Assembly: GCF_009914755.1 (NCBI RefSeq)
Contig: NC_060929.1
Length of the DNA stretch: 64,000 nt
Strand: one strand, 5' to 3'
From: the human T2T-CHM13v2.0 reference genome, Homo sapiens
Part shown: in pieces, positions 20,141-37,950 of the stretch
How positions within the stretch are numbered: position 1 is the first letter of the stretch
Layout of the letters: every line of letters starts with the position of its first letter
Position numbers and translations under genes: made by a program
Notes under the pieces: generated by a model
Seen by the model: only the letters and a program-made list of their open reading frames with translations
Database searches by the model: none
What the model was told of the DNA's origin: nothing

Positions 20141-20804
20141 AAAAGGATTTGGAGCCTGGGGTCGCGTTAAGGGCAATGGAGGGTAATGATGCCAGAGGGT
20201 CTTTGCGTGTGCAAGGGTGTCAGCCTAACTGTGCCAGAAGATCAAAACTCCTGACTGCAGGAGTGAGATGTACCCAACATGAGCCTTCTTTGTTCCTTGC
20301 ATTCTGTAGTAAATAATTCTGACCCGGTGATCTGCTAACTCTGACTATGGCTGCCTGGACCACAGTGTTGAGAAGGATTCTGAGACTTTGTCAAGCTTCA
20401 GTGCCATAATGTATTGGTCATGTTTCTCTTGGGTATGGAATTGAAGAGTGGCCTTGTGTCATTTAGATTTATTCCATACCTGGGTCTGACCATGCTCTGG
20501 TCTCACCAGAAGGGAGACAGGTATATTCATTGGTCTCAACATTTGCCATGTGTTTTCCCAAATGCCCTGTTTGCAGGGCTGGCTTCCTTCTCAGCGACTG
20601 CCTGCAGCCTGCCTGGCCTTAGAGGTCTGCCTCCTTCTCTACGCTCTGCTGGACGACCCTAGCTTCTGGATTTCTATAACCTTGGGCTAAGTGATTTTCC
20701 ACCATGAGATACTACTGTGCATTGTTAATTATCTTTTCATCTGCATACTAATTATTCCCAGTTAGGCTGCTTGATCATTGAAATCAAGAATACATCTTGG
20801 TATC

Positions 20805-21358
20805 TGCTATGGTTTGGATATTTGAGCCCTGCAAATCTCATGTTGAAATCTGATCCCTAACGTTGGGCCTAACTGGAGGTGTTGGGGTCATGCAGGTACA
20901 TCCGTCATGAATGGCTTGGTGCTGTCCTTGTGGTAATGAGTGAGTTCTTCCTCTATTAGTTCCTGTGGGAGCTGATTGTTAAAAAGAGCCTGGCACCTCC
21001 CTCCCCTCCTAAGTAGCTGGGACTACAGGCGTGTGCCACCACACACAGCTAATTTTGTATTTTTAATAGAGACAGGGTTTCACCATGTTGGCTAGGCTGG
21101 TCTCAAACACCTGACCTCAGGTGATCCACCTGCCTTGGCCTCCCAAAGCGCTGGGATTACAGGTGTGAGCCACCACGCATGGCCACTCCACTTTCCATTT
21201 TACCATGAGCAGAAGCATCTTGAGATGCTCACCAGATGCAGATGCCAGCACCATGCTTCTTGTACAGCCTGCAGAACCATGGGCCAAATAAACATCTTTT
21301 CTTTATAAATCACCCAGCCTCAGGTATTCCTTTATAGCATCACAAATGGACTAAGATG
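20805..21358 (+). mobile_element. MSTB-type MaLR solo LTR
   Basis: tgctatggtttggat...ggactaagatg; 5-bp TSD GTATC (20800-20804, 21359-21363). Confidence 0.9.
21004..21184 (-). mobile_element. AluS lacking its 3' part and tail, inside MSTB
   Basis: Begins abruptly at ctcctaagtagctgggactacagg. Confidence 0.9.
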
Positions 21359-22114
21359 GTATCCATCCTTCTGATACTCAGTAAGTACACTGGCATTTCT
21401 CTTTAATCGCAGTGACTAAAGACAAGCATCAGGAGAAGATTTGAACCTATTGAATTTGTCTTTCCCTGCAAACAGGCATCAGTGATGGAAATAGGTTTGT
21501 AGCCACTAGGTTGGCTCAGTAAGTTTTTCCAGGAAAGTTTGCCTGGATTGGACATAAGGGTGGCCAGCTAGGGCTGAAGCAGAACTGTGGGTCAGGTACC
21601 CCCAGAGGCTGGTTCTGATTGAGGTTGTCAGGCAACCAGGGCTGATGCATGAGTGATTCCTAATGCTGTATCTGTGGGTTCCGCTTGTGTCTCGGCTTCC
21701 ACAGTCCTTGTTGTTTGAATGATCATGTAGATGCTTCTATCAATATTCTGGTAGATGGATGGGGGATGTTTAAAGACTCCAGAAAGGGAAATAGTGTCAT
21801 TGAGGAGGTAGGAGAAACTTTTGGAGGTGTTATGGGAATGGGAACAGGTGATCAAGCATCCCTGTTATGCAACCTCATACCGTCCAAGGAAAGGTTTTGT
21901 TTCTTTGTGTTGCTGGAGAGCTAATGTTTATCCGGTGCTTATAATCCCATATCTGCAACTCAAAACTGAGAAAGTGGATTTGGCAGAATTCCTTTGAGTC
22001 ATGTACTGCTCTATTTGAGTTCATCTGTTTGGGCATATAAAGTCCCTAGAGACAAATGTGAAGAAACAGACACATAATTTATGTTACTTTATTTCTAAGA
22101 AATAAAATGCCTGG

Positions 22115-22785
<671 letters not shown>

Positions 22786-23613
22786 TCAGGATCTATTTTG
22801 TGATCATTAAGATACAGAGGCAATTAATGTTATTTATGACATACTAGAAGCTGGATGACATCTTAAAGTAAATTCAGAATCATCAAAGGAAGATAAAATT
22901 GTATGTGGCTCAGCCACAATGTCAGATGAATTAATTTTATTGACTTTTTGGTAGCTGGTCCCCTAAAAGTTGTTCACTAGAAAAGCCACTTAGTCACAGA
23001 CTCCATTTTACCAATTGCTAAGAACAACAGCAGTAACAAGTATAATTTGTTGAGCATTCAAGTATAATTTGTTGATACCAGCCACTGTGCCACATGCTTT
23101 GTGTACCCACGATCTCATTTCATCATTCTGGACTAACGGGAGTTTCTGATGCCACCATTAAGAAATAAATACCATAAAAGAGCTGATTCCTTCATCTCTT
23201 TGTTTGTTTACATGGCTTTTGTGAAGTCATTCCTGAAAAGGTTGATTCTTGACGTTGATGTAGCAAATGTTGACTGAATCTTCCTGCATTCTCTCAGCCC
23301 GTGCAAAGCTCTACAGGGTATATGGAGAAGGCCCCTCTTCTGCTATTTCTTTGCTCTTCATTCTTGCCCCAAATCCATGATCTCACAGTAGATTAGGGAC
23401 TGCCTATATGTGAATTTGGCCCATCTTCTCCCAAAACTAGCTTTCTCTCTCACTTCCATTCAATTTCAACATAATGACAGATAGAACCAACGCCTCTTTT
23501 CTCTCTTTTGAAGAGGATGTACTTTGCACTGCTTGGAAGGAATGAGTTGTTAATTTACAGTTACTGAATGCTTATTCACATTCAGCCATCTGTTTTAAAA
23601 TGTACCCGGGATC

Positions 23614-24473
<860 letters not shown>

Positions 24474-25751
24474 ATCATCCTTTAAAATATTTATCCAAGA
24501 GACAGCGTGTATTGAGTGCCGGTTGTGTCTGGCCTTTGCGAGTCTAGACCCAGTGTGGTATTGGAGCTAGTCCTGGGTGTGTGGAGGCCCTCAGTTAATG
24601 TTTGTTCCATAAGTGCTGAATGAATGCTTCAAACTTGTGACTGGAATACATAGATGTGCCTAAATCGCTGTCTCTGCCCTCAAGGAGAATGCAGTCTAGC
24701 CTGGGAAAGAGATGCATACATATATTTATTATAACACAATCATTGCCCTATTAAAAGCCACAGTCATGTCCAAACCTACTTCTCCTAGGGTCTTTGCTAC
24801 CAGAGAAAGGTGCCAGTAGCTTACCTGGCCACTTAAGCCAGAACTTGAGTGACCTTAGCACCTCGCTTGTCCCTGCCTCCCTCCCCCTTAACCTCCCCAG
24901 CCTTCAAGTTTGGTGCATTCTACCTTGTGAAGCTGTCCCTGAATTTGTCTCTTCTCCATCTCCACTGACAGTAATGAGAGATGCCATGTGGCTGTCCTCC
25001 ACCAGCCCCTCCTAGAGGCCTGGTTAGAGTGGGACGTCCCCATTCCGTTGTCCTCTGTGCCACGCAGAGCCTGAGCACTAACTCAGAGCAGCTGTCACCA
25101 GCTGCTGGTGGGCATCTGGGAGGGGACAGTGCAGGAGGGAAGGCGGGAGCCCTTCCGGGGGCTTTGCCACCCAGGGAGTCTTGCTTCAGATGCTCTGTCG
25201 TCCCTGGAAACCACTGTCTCTGGAAGGAGCCTGGAGCCAGCACAAGTCCCAGGGACAAATTTGTGGTAGACAGTTTGGCTCGGCCCCTCCCAGCTCCTCT
25301 TTGCCTCTTTTCCTCGCCTCTCCTTCTCCTAATTTCCCTTGGGGCCTTCTGAAGGGGTCTGGTTTGACAGTCCTGTCAGCTCCTCCCTATAACTCATTCT
25401 TGCATTAATGGAATTTAAAGGTCACTCTTTTCGCTGGTTTTGGTGCTGTAAAAGAGCAGAGGAAGGAAGGTAAGACGCTAAGGAGGGCAGGATGCGTGTG
25501 TCAAGGAGTGACTTCCCAGTGGGGTTGGTGAGTTGGGAATCTGCTGATTTATGGAGGACAACCCTGTGTGTTTCCCAGTGCAGGGCTGTAATTTGATCTT
25601 CCATCTTCCCAGCCCAGGGTGTGGAGAATAAACTGAGGCAAGAGGCAGATGGGCCTGGGGGAAGAAGGTTTGGTAGCCAGAAGCTCCAGTCCAGGTTGCA
25701 TGGTCTGAGTCTGCAGGCTCCAATTTGAGGCTGGGAGGCCTGAAAGAAAGG

Positions 25752-26463
<712 letters not shown>

Positions 26464-27205
26464 AAAGGGTAGCACGGTGTTAGGAAGGCCTTTGAATTGG
26501 TGTTCTCACAAATATTCAGGTGGCCAATAATTTGTGAGTCAATGGTGTCTATTCAATAAAATGTTGAGTCATTGGATTCCACTATATGATCTAGGAGCAA
26601 CTTTACTAGCGGAAAATAGGATGCTGTGTGAAGTGTGCAATCTATTAGGTAAAATTCCAGCAAACAGAATGGGCACAGAAAAGGGGAAAACTGTGGAACT
26701 AAGCAGACTAGAGGTTTTGAGTTTTTGCTATAATACTTGCTTACTTGCACAATTATTTTTTCATCCACTGAACTTGCCGACAAAACAGTAGCAGGTGCCA
26801 GAGTTTTAAAGTTTCTGAGTGACAGCTTGAAACTGACAAAACTCCTTGTACTAAATAAATTATTTCTATATATTTGGAAAAACTCACTATTATTCAGTTT
26901 TAGCAATAGAAACATCACTAGTATTCCAAAGGAACATAGTTGGAGAATCATTAAGGGAAGCAAAATCCCTGTGTCTTCTCTAATTAGAAGATTTAGGGAA
27001 CAAATAGTACTTTTCAATGATTACTGAAAGAAAGAGGACTTGAGAAGCTAATCATTTACAGTCTAGCTTCTCCATCCATTTTTTTTTCATTTAGTCATTT
27101 AATCAGCAATAATTGATTGAGGCCCTTGAATATGCATAACATTTTGCTAGAGACTAGTGATAGAGAAGTAAATGAAACTCGATCTCTGCCTTGAGGACCT
27201 CAGTT

Positions 27206-27660
27206 ACCAGTTAAGAATTTTAGTTGCAAAACACAGAATCAACTCTAGTTGGTTTAAGCAAAGAGGTTATTTATTAAAGCAGCTCCAGCAGAGGCAGAAT
27301 TGGCCTGGAAGCAAAGCAGCCAGTCCAGGCAATGCGCTGCCCCAGTGGAGATCTTTCACTCATATCAGTGCCCTGGCACCAATGCTGGATGCTGAGTACA
27401 AGACACTACTTTAACCTGCTCAGCTGTTGTCTCCTGAAGTTGGGTGTCTGTAACTGCCTTTGACAAAATGGCTTCCAGAAGACAATTGCTTCTCCACCTC
27501 TCTCTCTTCTAATTGGCAGAGCCCAGATCACGTGTCTACATCTTAGCTGCAAGGGCAGCTGGGAAAGCAAGTTTCTGGCATCTGCCTTAAAGATGTGCAG
27601 AATCAGAAGAAGGGAACTTCTGCAAATAGAATGTGGAAAGGCAATGAGTAACCAAAAAGC
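27206..27660 (-). mobile_element. Old MLT1 (L-O type) LTR within an L2 relic
   Basis: ttttagttgcaaaacacagaatcaactctag...ctgcaagggcagctgggaaagcaagt. Confidence 0.6.
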
Positions 27661-27775
27661 ATAGCAGGTATCCATTCTAAGCTCCCAGTCTAATGGAATA
27701 AACAGACATACATTCAGAAACATCACAACATAGTGAAAAAAATGCTATACTCGAGGTATGCTTATGTCATGATGA

Positions 27776-28418
27776 TATAGGGAAACTTCCCCTTTGCCTC
27801 TGAAGATTCACTGCAAATCAGCTGACAAAGGGCAGATTAATAGGAGAAAAAGAATACAAATTTATTTCACCATAGTTTTATGTGACACGGGAGCCTTCAG
27901 AATGAAGACCCAAAGATACAGGGGAAAGTGTCCATTTTCATGCTTAGGTTTAACAAAGTTTGGACCGCCATGAAGAAATATGATTGGACAAAAAGCATAT
28001 GATCTAGCATGAATTGACTGAGTGGGGAAACCTAGCAAGTCCTATCTGTGTAACTTCTACTTGGCCTCTCTGTGCAGTGTTCTTTCCTCCTGGGGATGGG
28101 GCAGGACCCTCTCTGGAAGGGGAGTCTTATGACCTACAATCAAACAAGATAGGTCAGATAGTTTCTTTATGGACAGTTTTTACACAAAGGTTGGGGAGAA
28201 GGTGGGAGTTAGGGTAATATTTTTAGGTTTTATGGCTGGCTTTGAAGAATAGGGGTTCTGGTTTCTATGAACCACCTTGGGGAAAAGTCATTCTAGTTTC
28301 TGTGGGTAGCCTTGGGCTGGTGGGGGAAAACGAGAGAGGCAGAGACAACAAGGCAGGAGGAGGTTGGAGAGCGCTGCTTCCTATGCTTTCATTTTGGGTT
28401 ATTTTCTGAGCCCCAACA
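27776..28418 (-). mobile_element. ERV1 MER4-group solo LTR (MER39-like)
   Basis: gccttcagaatgaagacccaaagatacagggg...tctgagccccaaca; 4-bp TSD RTGA. Confidence 0.75.
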
Positions 28419-29072
28419 GTGAAGACCAGTAAGGGAGTTGTTAACAGACTGGCGTGGTCAGGGAAGGCTTCCTGGAGGAGGTGATGGATGACTGAGCACA
28501 TCCTGATGGATGAAGCAAGAGAGGAGCAGCTTAGAGTTAAATAAGAACAAGGACCCTCACTGTCTGACTTTAAGGTGCCTCCACAGTGAGTATGCCAGAT
28601 TAGGAAAATGGAAACAGATGAAGCCAGAAGAAAAGATAGATTGGAGAGAACCCGTGTGAGAACTGCCTGGAAAGTGCTCAGGCCCTCCCCTCATAGGGCT
28701 GTCCACATAGTTGGCTTTGCTTGTGTCCTTCTCACTCCCAACTCTGTTTTCTTCAGATGTCCTAACAGGTTAGGGCTTCCAGTAGGAAATATACAGTGCC
28801 TTTTCAGAGGGGCTTTTTAGAAATGCAAAGCCTGACACCAAATAACTGCCTCTTTTTTTTTTTTTTTTTTTTTAGAAAAAGTATTAGGAAACTAATAAGG
28901 AAAGGAAAGGATAAAGTGAAACGTACAAGTCGCTCCATAACTAGCATGTATATATTTATGGGCTATCTTTAAAAAAGTAACCAACCTCAAATGCAATTAA
29001 ATTATGCCTAATGCTTTGCAATTTTTTTCTGCCTTCCCTATCTTAGATTTCTTAAAAAAAATGAGTCTTAGC

Positions 29073-29089
29073 TGTCTCAAAAAAAAAAA
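29073..29089 (+). mobile_element. Minimal Alu remnant (TGTCTC + A11) between long TSDs
   Basis: A8-TGAGTCTTAGC at 29054-29072 repeated at 29082-29100, preceded by TT|AAAA. Confidence 0.75.
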
Positions 29090-29299
29090 TGAGTCTTAGC
29101 AGTGCCTTGCAGTTGTGTTTGGTCAATAAATATTTATTAATAATGAGGAGGCTAAGAATGAGGATATTTTAATGGCGGAGATCGGTTTACAGAGCTGGTA
29201 TATGGGACTCTACTTCCCCCTAAATCTGTTTCTCCTCTGGATTTCCTCATCTCCATAAATTGCATCCCTTAGTAATTGGCTTAACTCAGACACATAGCC

Positions 29300-29773
29300 C
29301 AGCCTTCGTTCCTCCCTCTCTCACCCCACAAGCTATCCATCAGCAAGCCCTGTCTGCTCGAGCTCAACATCATCTTGAATGTCTTCTTCTCCCCAGGTGC
29401 ACTGCTTCCATCCCCAAGCAAGGCTGCTCCCTCCAGCCTAGACAACCTCACATTGCTTTTCTCTAGACCGTTCTCACTGTAGCCAAATATTTCACAACAA
29501 AAATGTCTCTTTTGCATAAAACTTTCCAGTGCTGGTTTCCCATTGCTCTTAGACAAAATTCAAGGCCTTGCATGAGGCAGCCCCTCACCACACCGCACAC
29601 TCTGCTCCTCCCTCTCACCTTGGCTGGCTGGCCACACTAACCTTCAAGCCATTCCTCAAGCACGCCCTTGGGTTCCTGGCTCAGGAGCTCTCCCACTGCC
29701 TGGACGGACAGCCTGCCCCCTCCCCTGGAACCCTCCCACCCTCTCCACTCTGTACAGCTGATTTCTTCTTATC
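29300..29773 (+). mobile_element. L2 fragment (insertion target of the SRSF10 retrocopy)
   Basis: ggtttcccattgctcttagacaaaattc...gccttgcatgaggcagcccct. Confidence 0.65.
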
Positions 29774-29988
29774 TTTTATGTTTTTCCCCTTCATTTTGTT
29801 TTTATTACAGCATGTTTTCTTAATTTACAGCAAGCAGAAAATAAGCTGGGTCTTGTTTTGATCCAAACATTGATGTTTTAAAAGTTGTACACAAGATTTG
29901 TTAAAAAGAACATATAAAAATGCCTTTTTAGAAGCTTCTGCAAGAAAGAAAATACAAAGTTTAACCCCACAACTTTCCTCTTTGCTAG

Positions 29989-30324
<336 letters not shown>

Positions 30325-30939
30325 CACTGCCACAGTTTTAAATAGACTTTTTGTTGTTTAAACTATACATCCAGGAAAATCTAAAGAAACGTGCATATAA
30401 ATGATTGCATAGCAGAACATGAACATTAACTGAAAACAGTAAAGAAATGAAAGTTAGAAATACTCTCAAATATACAAAGATTCTAGAGTTAATCCTTTAA
30501 ACACATTCCGCAAACAGTATTTAAAAACCATTGTTTTGTTCTTTACAGGCGAAGCCTAGATTACTAACACCAAAACTGAAAAAAATAATCCTTTAAAAAG
30601 AATCATTTCTCCATGATAATTCTTACTTATTTCTGTAAGCAAGCAATCTGAGATTTTTTTAAGATGCTAGTTTTTTGTTTTGTTTTTTTTTTCTGGAATG
30701 AGATTGGACATGTCAAGTCACTTTTGTCCCCAAAACAATCTTTCAGAGAAATACTAGAAATTATCAATGGTTAAAGGTATTACTTCTTTATTTTTAGTCA
30801 GGTATTACACTGATAACCAAAAACTCAAAAGATGTGACTCTTGCTTAAAACTGACTGATCCTTTTTCCAAAATTATTTTAAATTTCATAGCACCACAGAA
30901 TCACCTAGAGTGAGAGTGTTGTCTTTCAACTTGCCTCTT

Positions 30940-31331
<392 letters not shown>

Positions 31332-31549
31332 TAAATGCACAGGCCAAGTGCTGTAAACATCAAAATTTCAATTCTTTTACACAATGCACACACACACACA
31401 GAACCTACTTTGAAACAATTTACTTGCTTCTAACAGCTGTAAAAAAACTAAGCAATATTATGGTCAACAATACTCCTTAAACTTTAGCGTAACTTCATAG
31501 GAACATTATTTTCCCCTTACAATCCTTTTGGCCATCATCAACCTGCTCA

Positions 31550-32104
<555 letters not shown>

Positions 32105-32388
32105 CTAAATGCATCTGGCCAGTCAGTGTTGTACTGTGGCTACCACCTCACTTTTGTATCATTCTGTCTTATTAGCAAGCTACATTTCTAGGTTAGCGGT
32201 TCTACCAAATATGAATATGAAAGTTTATTTTTAATAAGACAGTGTTGCAAATTATGGTCAACTAACATCTTTTCACCAAATACTTCAAGCATAAAACATG
32301 AGAATTTTTATAGAAATATACAGAGACACCACAAATTGGTAGCTGTCCATGACATTAAACAAACTGGACTCCTAAGAGTGGCTTCTCA

Positions 32389-32695
<307 letters not shown>

Positions 32696-33554
32696 AAGAG
32701 TGGCTTCTCAACAGCATATTGTTTTAATTATAACCATTGCCTGATACAGGGAAAACTAACAAGTGTTTTTTAAGCATCATTGCAACATTGTATTCCTGAT
32801 AATTTAAGTAAATAAAACTATGAGTAAATGAATGATCCATGTCTAAAAATGATCATGGTTTATACTACCAGGGGCCACTGGACTTAGGACTAGTCCAAGA
32901 CCTTGATCTAGATTTTGACCTAGACCTAGACTATGATCTTGACTGAGATTTGGATCTAGGTGGTCCTTTTTTCCTTGATTCCTTTTCATATCTTGAGCCA
33001 GACTTGTAATGTGCTTTGGAATCTGTTTTTAGAGATGCCTCTAGTTTTGGTATGAGATGCAGGCCTGCAACGTGATTTAGCCTTCATTTCTTTCTTGGGC
33101 TGGGACTTGGACCGTGATCTTGATTTGGATTTAGATCTTGAAAAAGATCCACTTTGGTGTTTGAATCTCTCATTGCCGGAATGGCTTCTGCTACGCCGTG
33201 GTCTTCCAGTTGGTCTTTTTCTAGGACTATACAATCTCTTCTCACAGGGCCGTTCCTCCAGCTGCCTGGGTCTCCACTCTCTGCCGCATGCGTAACAGAT
33301 GATGAAATAGGCAGTCTTGGATACTCCTGGGTCTTCCCTGCAGATGCATAATGGAGTAGAAAGCGTGCTGAACCGAGAAGGCAGGAGCACAGCTCTGGAG
33401 CCCTACTGCCTCCCCTTGGCTGTGTAACTTGGGGAAACTCACTCCGTCCTGAGCCTGCCTTTCCTTATCTGTAGATTGTGAGGAGAAGTGCCTGCTCTGA
33501 GTTAACTTCCAGGGCCAGGGAGTGATGCTTGCACATGCCGTTGCCACCTTTTTA

Positions 33555-33876
<322 letters not shown>

Positions 33877-34144
33877 AGTATATTACCCAGCACGCGTAGG
33901 TTTCATTTGGGAAGAGGAGGATCAACTTGAAGATGAGAAACCCAGATCAAAGTTGCCTGGACAAAGTTTTTGTACCCCTCAGCAGATCTGGGAGGATTGC
34001 AGGAGGACAGAGGGTGGGCAGGGCCGGCCTGGGCTTAGACCTGGGGAAGACCATCCTATTTGAGGCTTTGACCTGTACACTCCACTGTGTTCTAGAGCAC
34101 AAGTTTGGCCCAGAAAGCTATCTACCATTCAGATAGTAAGGAGC

Positions 34145-34555
34145 TGTAATAGGCCGTTGTCCCATTGCTATAAAGAAATACCTAAGACCGGCTAAATTAT
34201 AAAGAAAAGAGGTTTAATTGCCTTGTAGTTCTGCAGGCTTTACAGGAAGCATGGTGCCAACATCTGCTCAGCTTCTGGGGGGCCTCAGGGAGGCCTTTAC
34301 TCATGGCAGAAGGTGAAGCGGAAGCAGGCACTTCACATGGCAGGAGCATGCGAGAGAGAGAAAGGGTGGGGGTGCCACACAATTTTAAACGACCAGATCT
34401 TGCAAGAAGAGCTCACTCACTATCACGAAGACAGCACCAAGCCATGAGCGATCCACCCCCACCGTCCAAACACCTCCCACCAGGCCCCACCTCCAGCGCT
34501 GGGGATTACATTTTAATATGAGATTTCAGCAGGAACAAATATCCAAGCTATCTGA
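34145..34555 (-). mobile_element. MSTB-type MaLR solo LTR
   Basis: ttgctataaagaaatacct...ctcatggcagaaggtgaag...cacctcccaccaggcccc; TSD RGAGC. Confidence 0.9.
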
Positions 34556-34639
34556 AGAGCCAAGTGAGAAATTCCTTGCCAAGAATAGGCATGAGCTTGA
34601 TGGCTGCTTGACTTGGACTGTATTTCTTCATCTTGGTGA

Positions 34640-35362
<723 letters not shown>

Positions 35363-35444
35363 TCAGGCAGAAGACCGTCGCTGACCACCTATGGGCATGT
35401 GCTATAGTTGCAAAGAAGTCGAAAATTTCTTCTCTGATTCTAAA

Positions 35445-35669
35445 GCATGATTTCTCAGCATTATTGACATTTTGGGTGGGGTGATTCTTTGTTTGGCTGG
35501 GGTGAGGGACTTGGCAGCATCTTCTGGCCTCTATGCACTAGATGCCAATAGCACAGCACTCCCCCATGTCCCCATTACACAGACACACATGACCACTGAG
35601 TATGTCTCCAGATATTGCCAAATGTCCCCCTGGGAGCAAAATCACACACACACCCCTTGAGAAATGCTG
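35445..35669. mobile_element. MER20 (hAT-Charlie)
   Basis: attgacattttggg...cactagatgccaatagcac...tgtctccagatattgccaaatgtcccc...ttgagaa. Confidence 0.8.
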
Positions 35670-36182
35670 CCCTAAGGAGAGTATTTTTCTCTACTTACAT
35701 GTATTCCTGTGAATAAATCCTTGTTACATTAAAAAAAAGAATTTGGAAGAGGAGAAAAGGAGAAGGAGTGGCGTATTTTAAGCTGAATGTAAAACCCAAA
35801 TGCTCTTATGCAAGTCATCTGGCTGTCTAGATGTTGAAGGGCACTTGATTTTGGATGCTCCTTGCGAGTGCTAATGGTGGTGGGGCAAAGATGATAGTGA
35901 CCACATTCGATCTGATGCTTCGTTATAGCTTTGATCTAGCCTAGGAAAATTCAGAGAGTTACATGCTTCTTGGTTGCACAGATTTGTTTACCCACGGACA
36001 TTTGTTGCAATGGCCATGAAATGATATTTCATTTATAAAATGACTAAGAGAGTTGTTGGGAGGATTGAAATGATGTATGCAACAAAGTTGGCGTCCTATT
36101 CATAGCTATTTTATGCATCATTATTGATTAATTTCTATTCCATGTGGTATTTTTATTATACCTATTATGCAATGTGCATCTT

Positions 36183-36382
<200 letters not shown>

Positions 36383-36438
36383 TAGTATATGTATTAATCA
36401 AATGAGATACATAGCCTTACATGAAAGTGATCGAAATC

Positions 36439-36736
36439 TTTTTTTTTTTTTTTTTTTTTTGAGACAGAGTTTCAGTCTTGTTGCCCAGGCTGGAGTGCAA
36501 TGGTGCGATCTCGGCTAACTGCAACCTCCGCCTCCTGGATTCAGGCAGTTCTTAGCCTCCCGAGTAGCTGGGATTACAGGTGCCCGCCACTACACCCGGC
36601 TAATTTTTGTATTTTTAGTAGCGACGGGGTTTCACCATGTTGGTTAGGCTGGTCTCAAACTCCTGACCTCAGGTGATCCACCCGCCTCGGCCTCCCAAAG
36701 TGCTGGGATTACAGGCATGAGCCACCGTGCCCGGCC
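36439..36736 (-). mobile_element. Alu (AluSq-like)
   Basis: Full Alu; TSD core GAAATCTT; followed by MIR to ~36900. Confidence 0.95.
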
Positions 36737-37152
36737 GAGAGATAGAAATCTTACATGATCCTCACAATCACCCTGCAAAATAGGTGGCACCATGCCCACT
36801 TTACAGATGGAAAAGTGAGATTTGGAAAGACTTAGTATGTTGCTCAGATCACACTGCCTGTATAGGGTGGGAATGGTGTTTGAACTCAGAGTGTTCTACT
36901 TTCTAGACCTGCCTTTTTTCTACTACCCTGGAAGGAATGTGAGGTTAGGAGTTAGAGGACTGTCCTTAGCTTTTTTTGTCCATCCACCAACTTCAGAACA
37001 ATCTTTTTACCTGAGGGTTGTTTTTACAAAATGAGTGTATCTGTTTATGATATACATGACTTTTCTACCCAAAGAACTGACAGACTCCAAGAGGACAGAG
37101 AGTGTATCTTGTGATTCTTTGTATCTCAAGAGTCATACCTAGAGTTACTTCT

Positions 37153-37467
37153 GTTGTTTTGTTTTGTTTTGTTTTGTTTTGTTTTGAGACTGAATCTTGC
37201 TCTGTCACCCAGGCTGGAGGGCAGTGGTGCGATCTCGGCTAACTGCAACCTCTGTCTCCTGGGTTCAAGCAATTCTCCTGTCTCGGCCTTCTGAGTAGCT
37301 GGGATTACAGGCACATGCCACCACGCCCAGCTAATTTTTGTATTTTTAGTAGAGACAGGGTTTCGCCATGTTGGCCAGGCTGGTCTTGAACTCCTGACCT
37401 CAGGTGATCTGCCTGACTCAGCCTCCCAAAGTGCTGGGATTACAGGTGTGAGCCACTGCGCCCAGCC
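37153..37467 (-). mobile_element. Alu (AluSx-like)
   Basis: (GTTTT)n tail; TSD AGAGTTASTT. Confidence 0.95.
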
Positions 37468-37890
37468 CAGAGTTAGTTATTAATAACTATTTGCTGTTTA
37501 ATTTTCCTGACTCCTATGTACTTCTAGCAAGATTTAGTGTTTGAGGAGTAAAAACTCTTCGTGCTTCTTAAGGGGTGGAAATTCTGTCTTGTAGGTAGGT
37601 TAGCTCCAGGAGTGAATGATTTCTTGTTGCCCTCTAATTTTAGAGCCCATGAGGAGCAGCTGTTAAAACAGTACTTGAGTCAGTATTGCCACATCATGCA
37701 CACATCAATTACTATTTCCACAGGACCTAACTGTATTGTCTATGAGAGGCAGAGTACATGTGATTTTGCAAGGAATTGTATCTCTGTTAAGATGGGCCAC
37801 AGGAGAGGGTCGGCCCTCCAGCCTCCACTCCGCCATAAGGACAAGTCAGCCAAGGAATAAATAAATACTCCAGGAAACCAAGCCACCAGG

Positions 37891-37894
<4 letters not shown>

Positions 37895-37937
<43 letters not shown>

Positions 37938-37950
37938 TGTGTGTGTGTGT
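37895..37950. repeat. (TG)n microsatellite with one interruption
   Basis: Seen directly. Confidence 0.95.

Noticed and set aside
26553-27017. 154-aa repeat-free ORF
   Set aside because: TTG start, no recognisable domain or exon structure; compatible with chance.
32986-33390. 134-aa ORF running from flank into the SRSF10 RS domain as a possible new gene
   Set aside because: GTG start with no upstream in-frame ATG, frameshifted end and no RRM; explained by the pseudogene.
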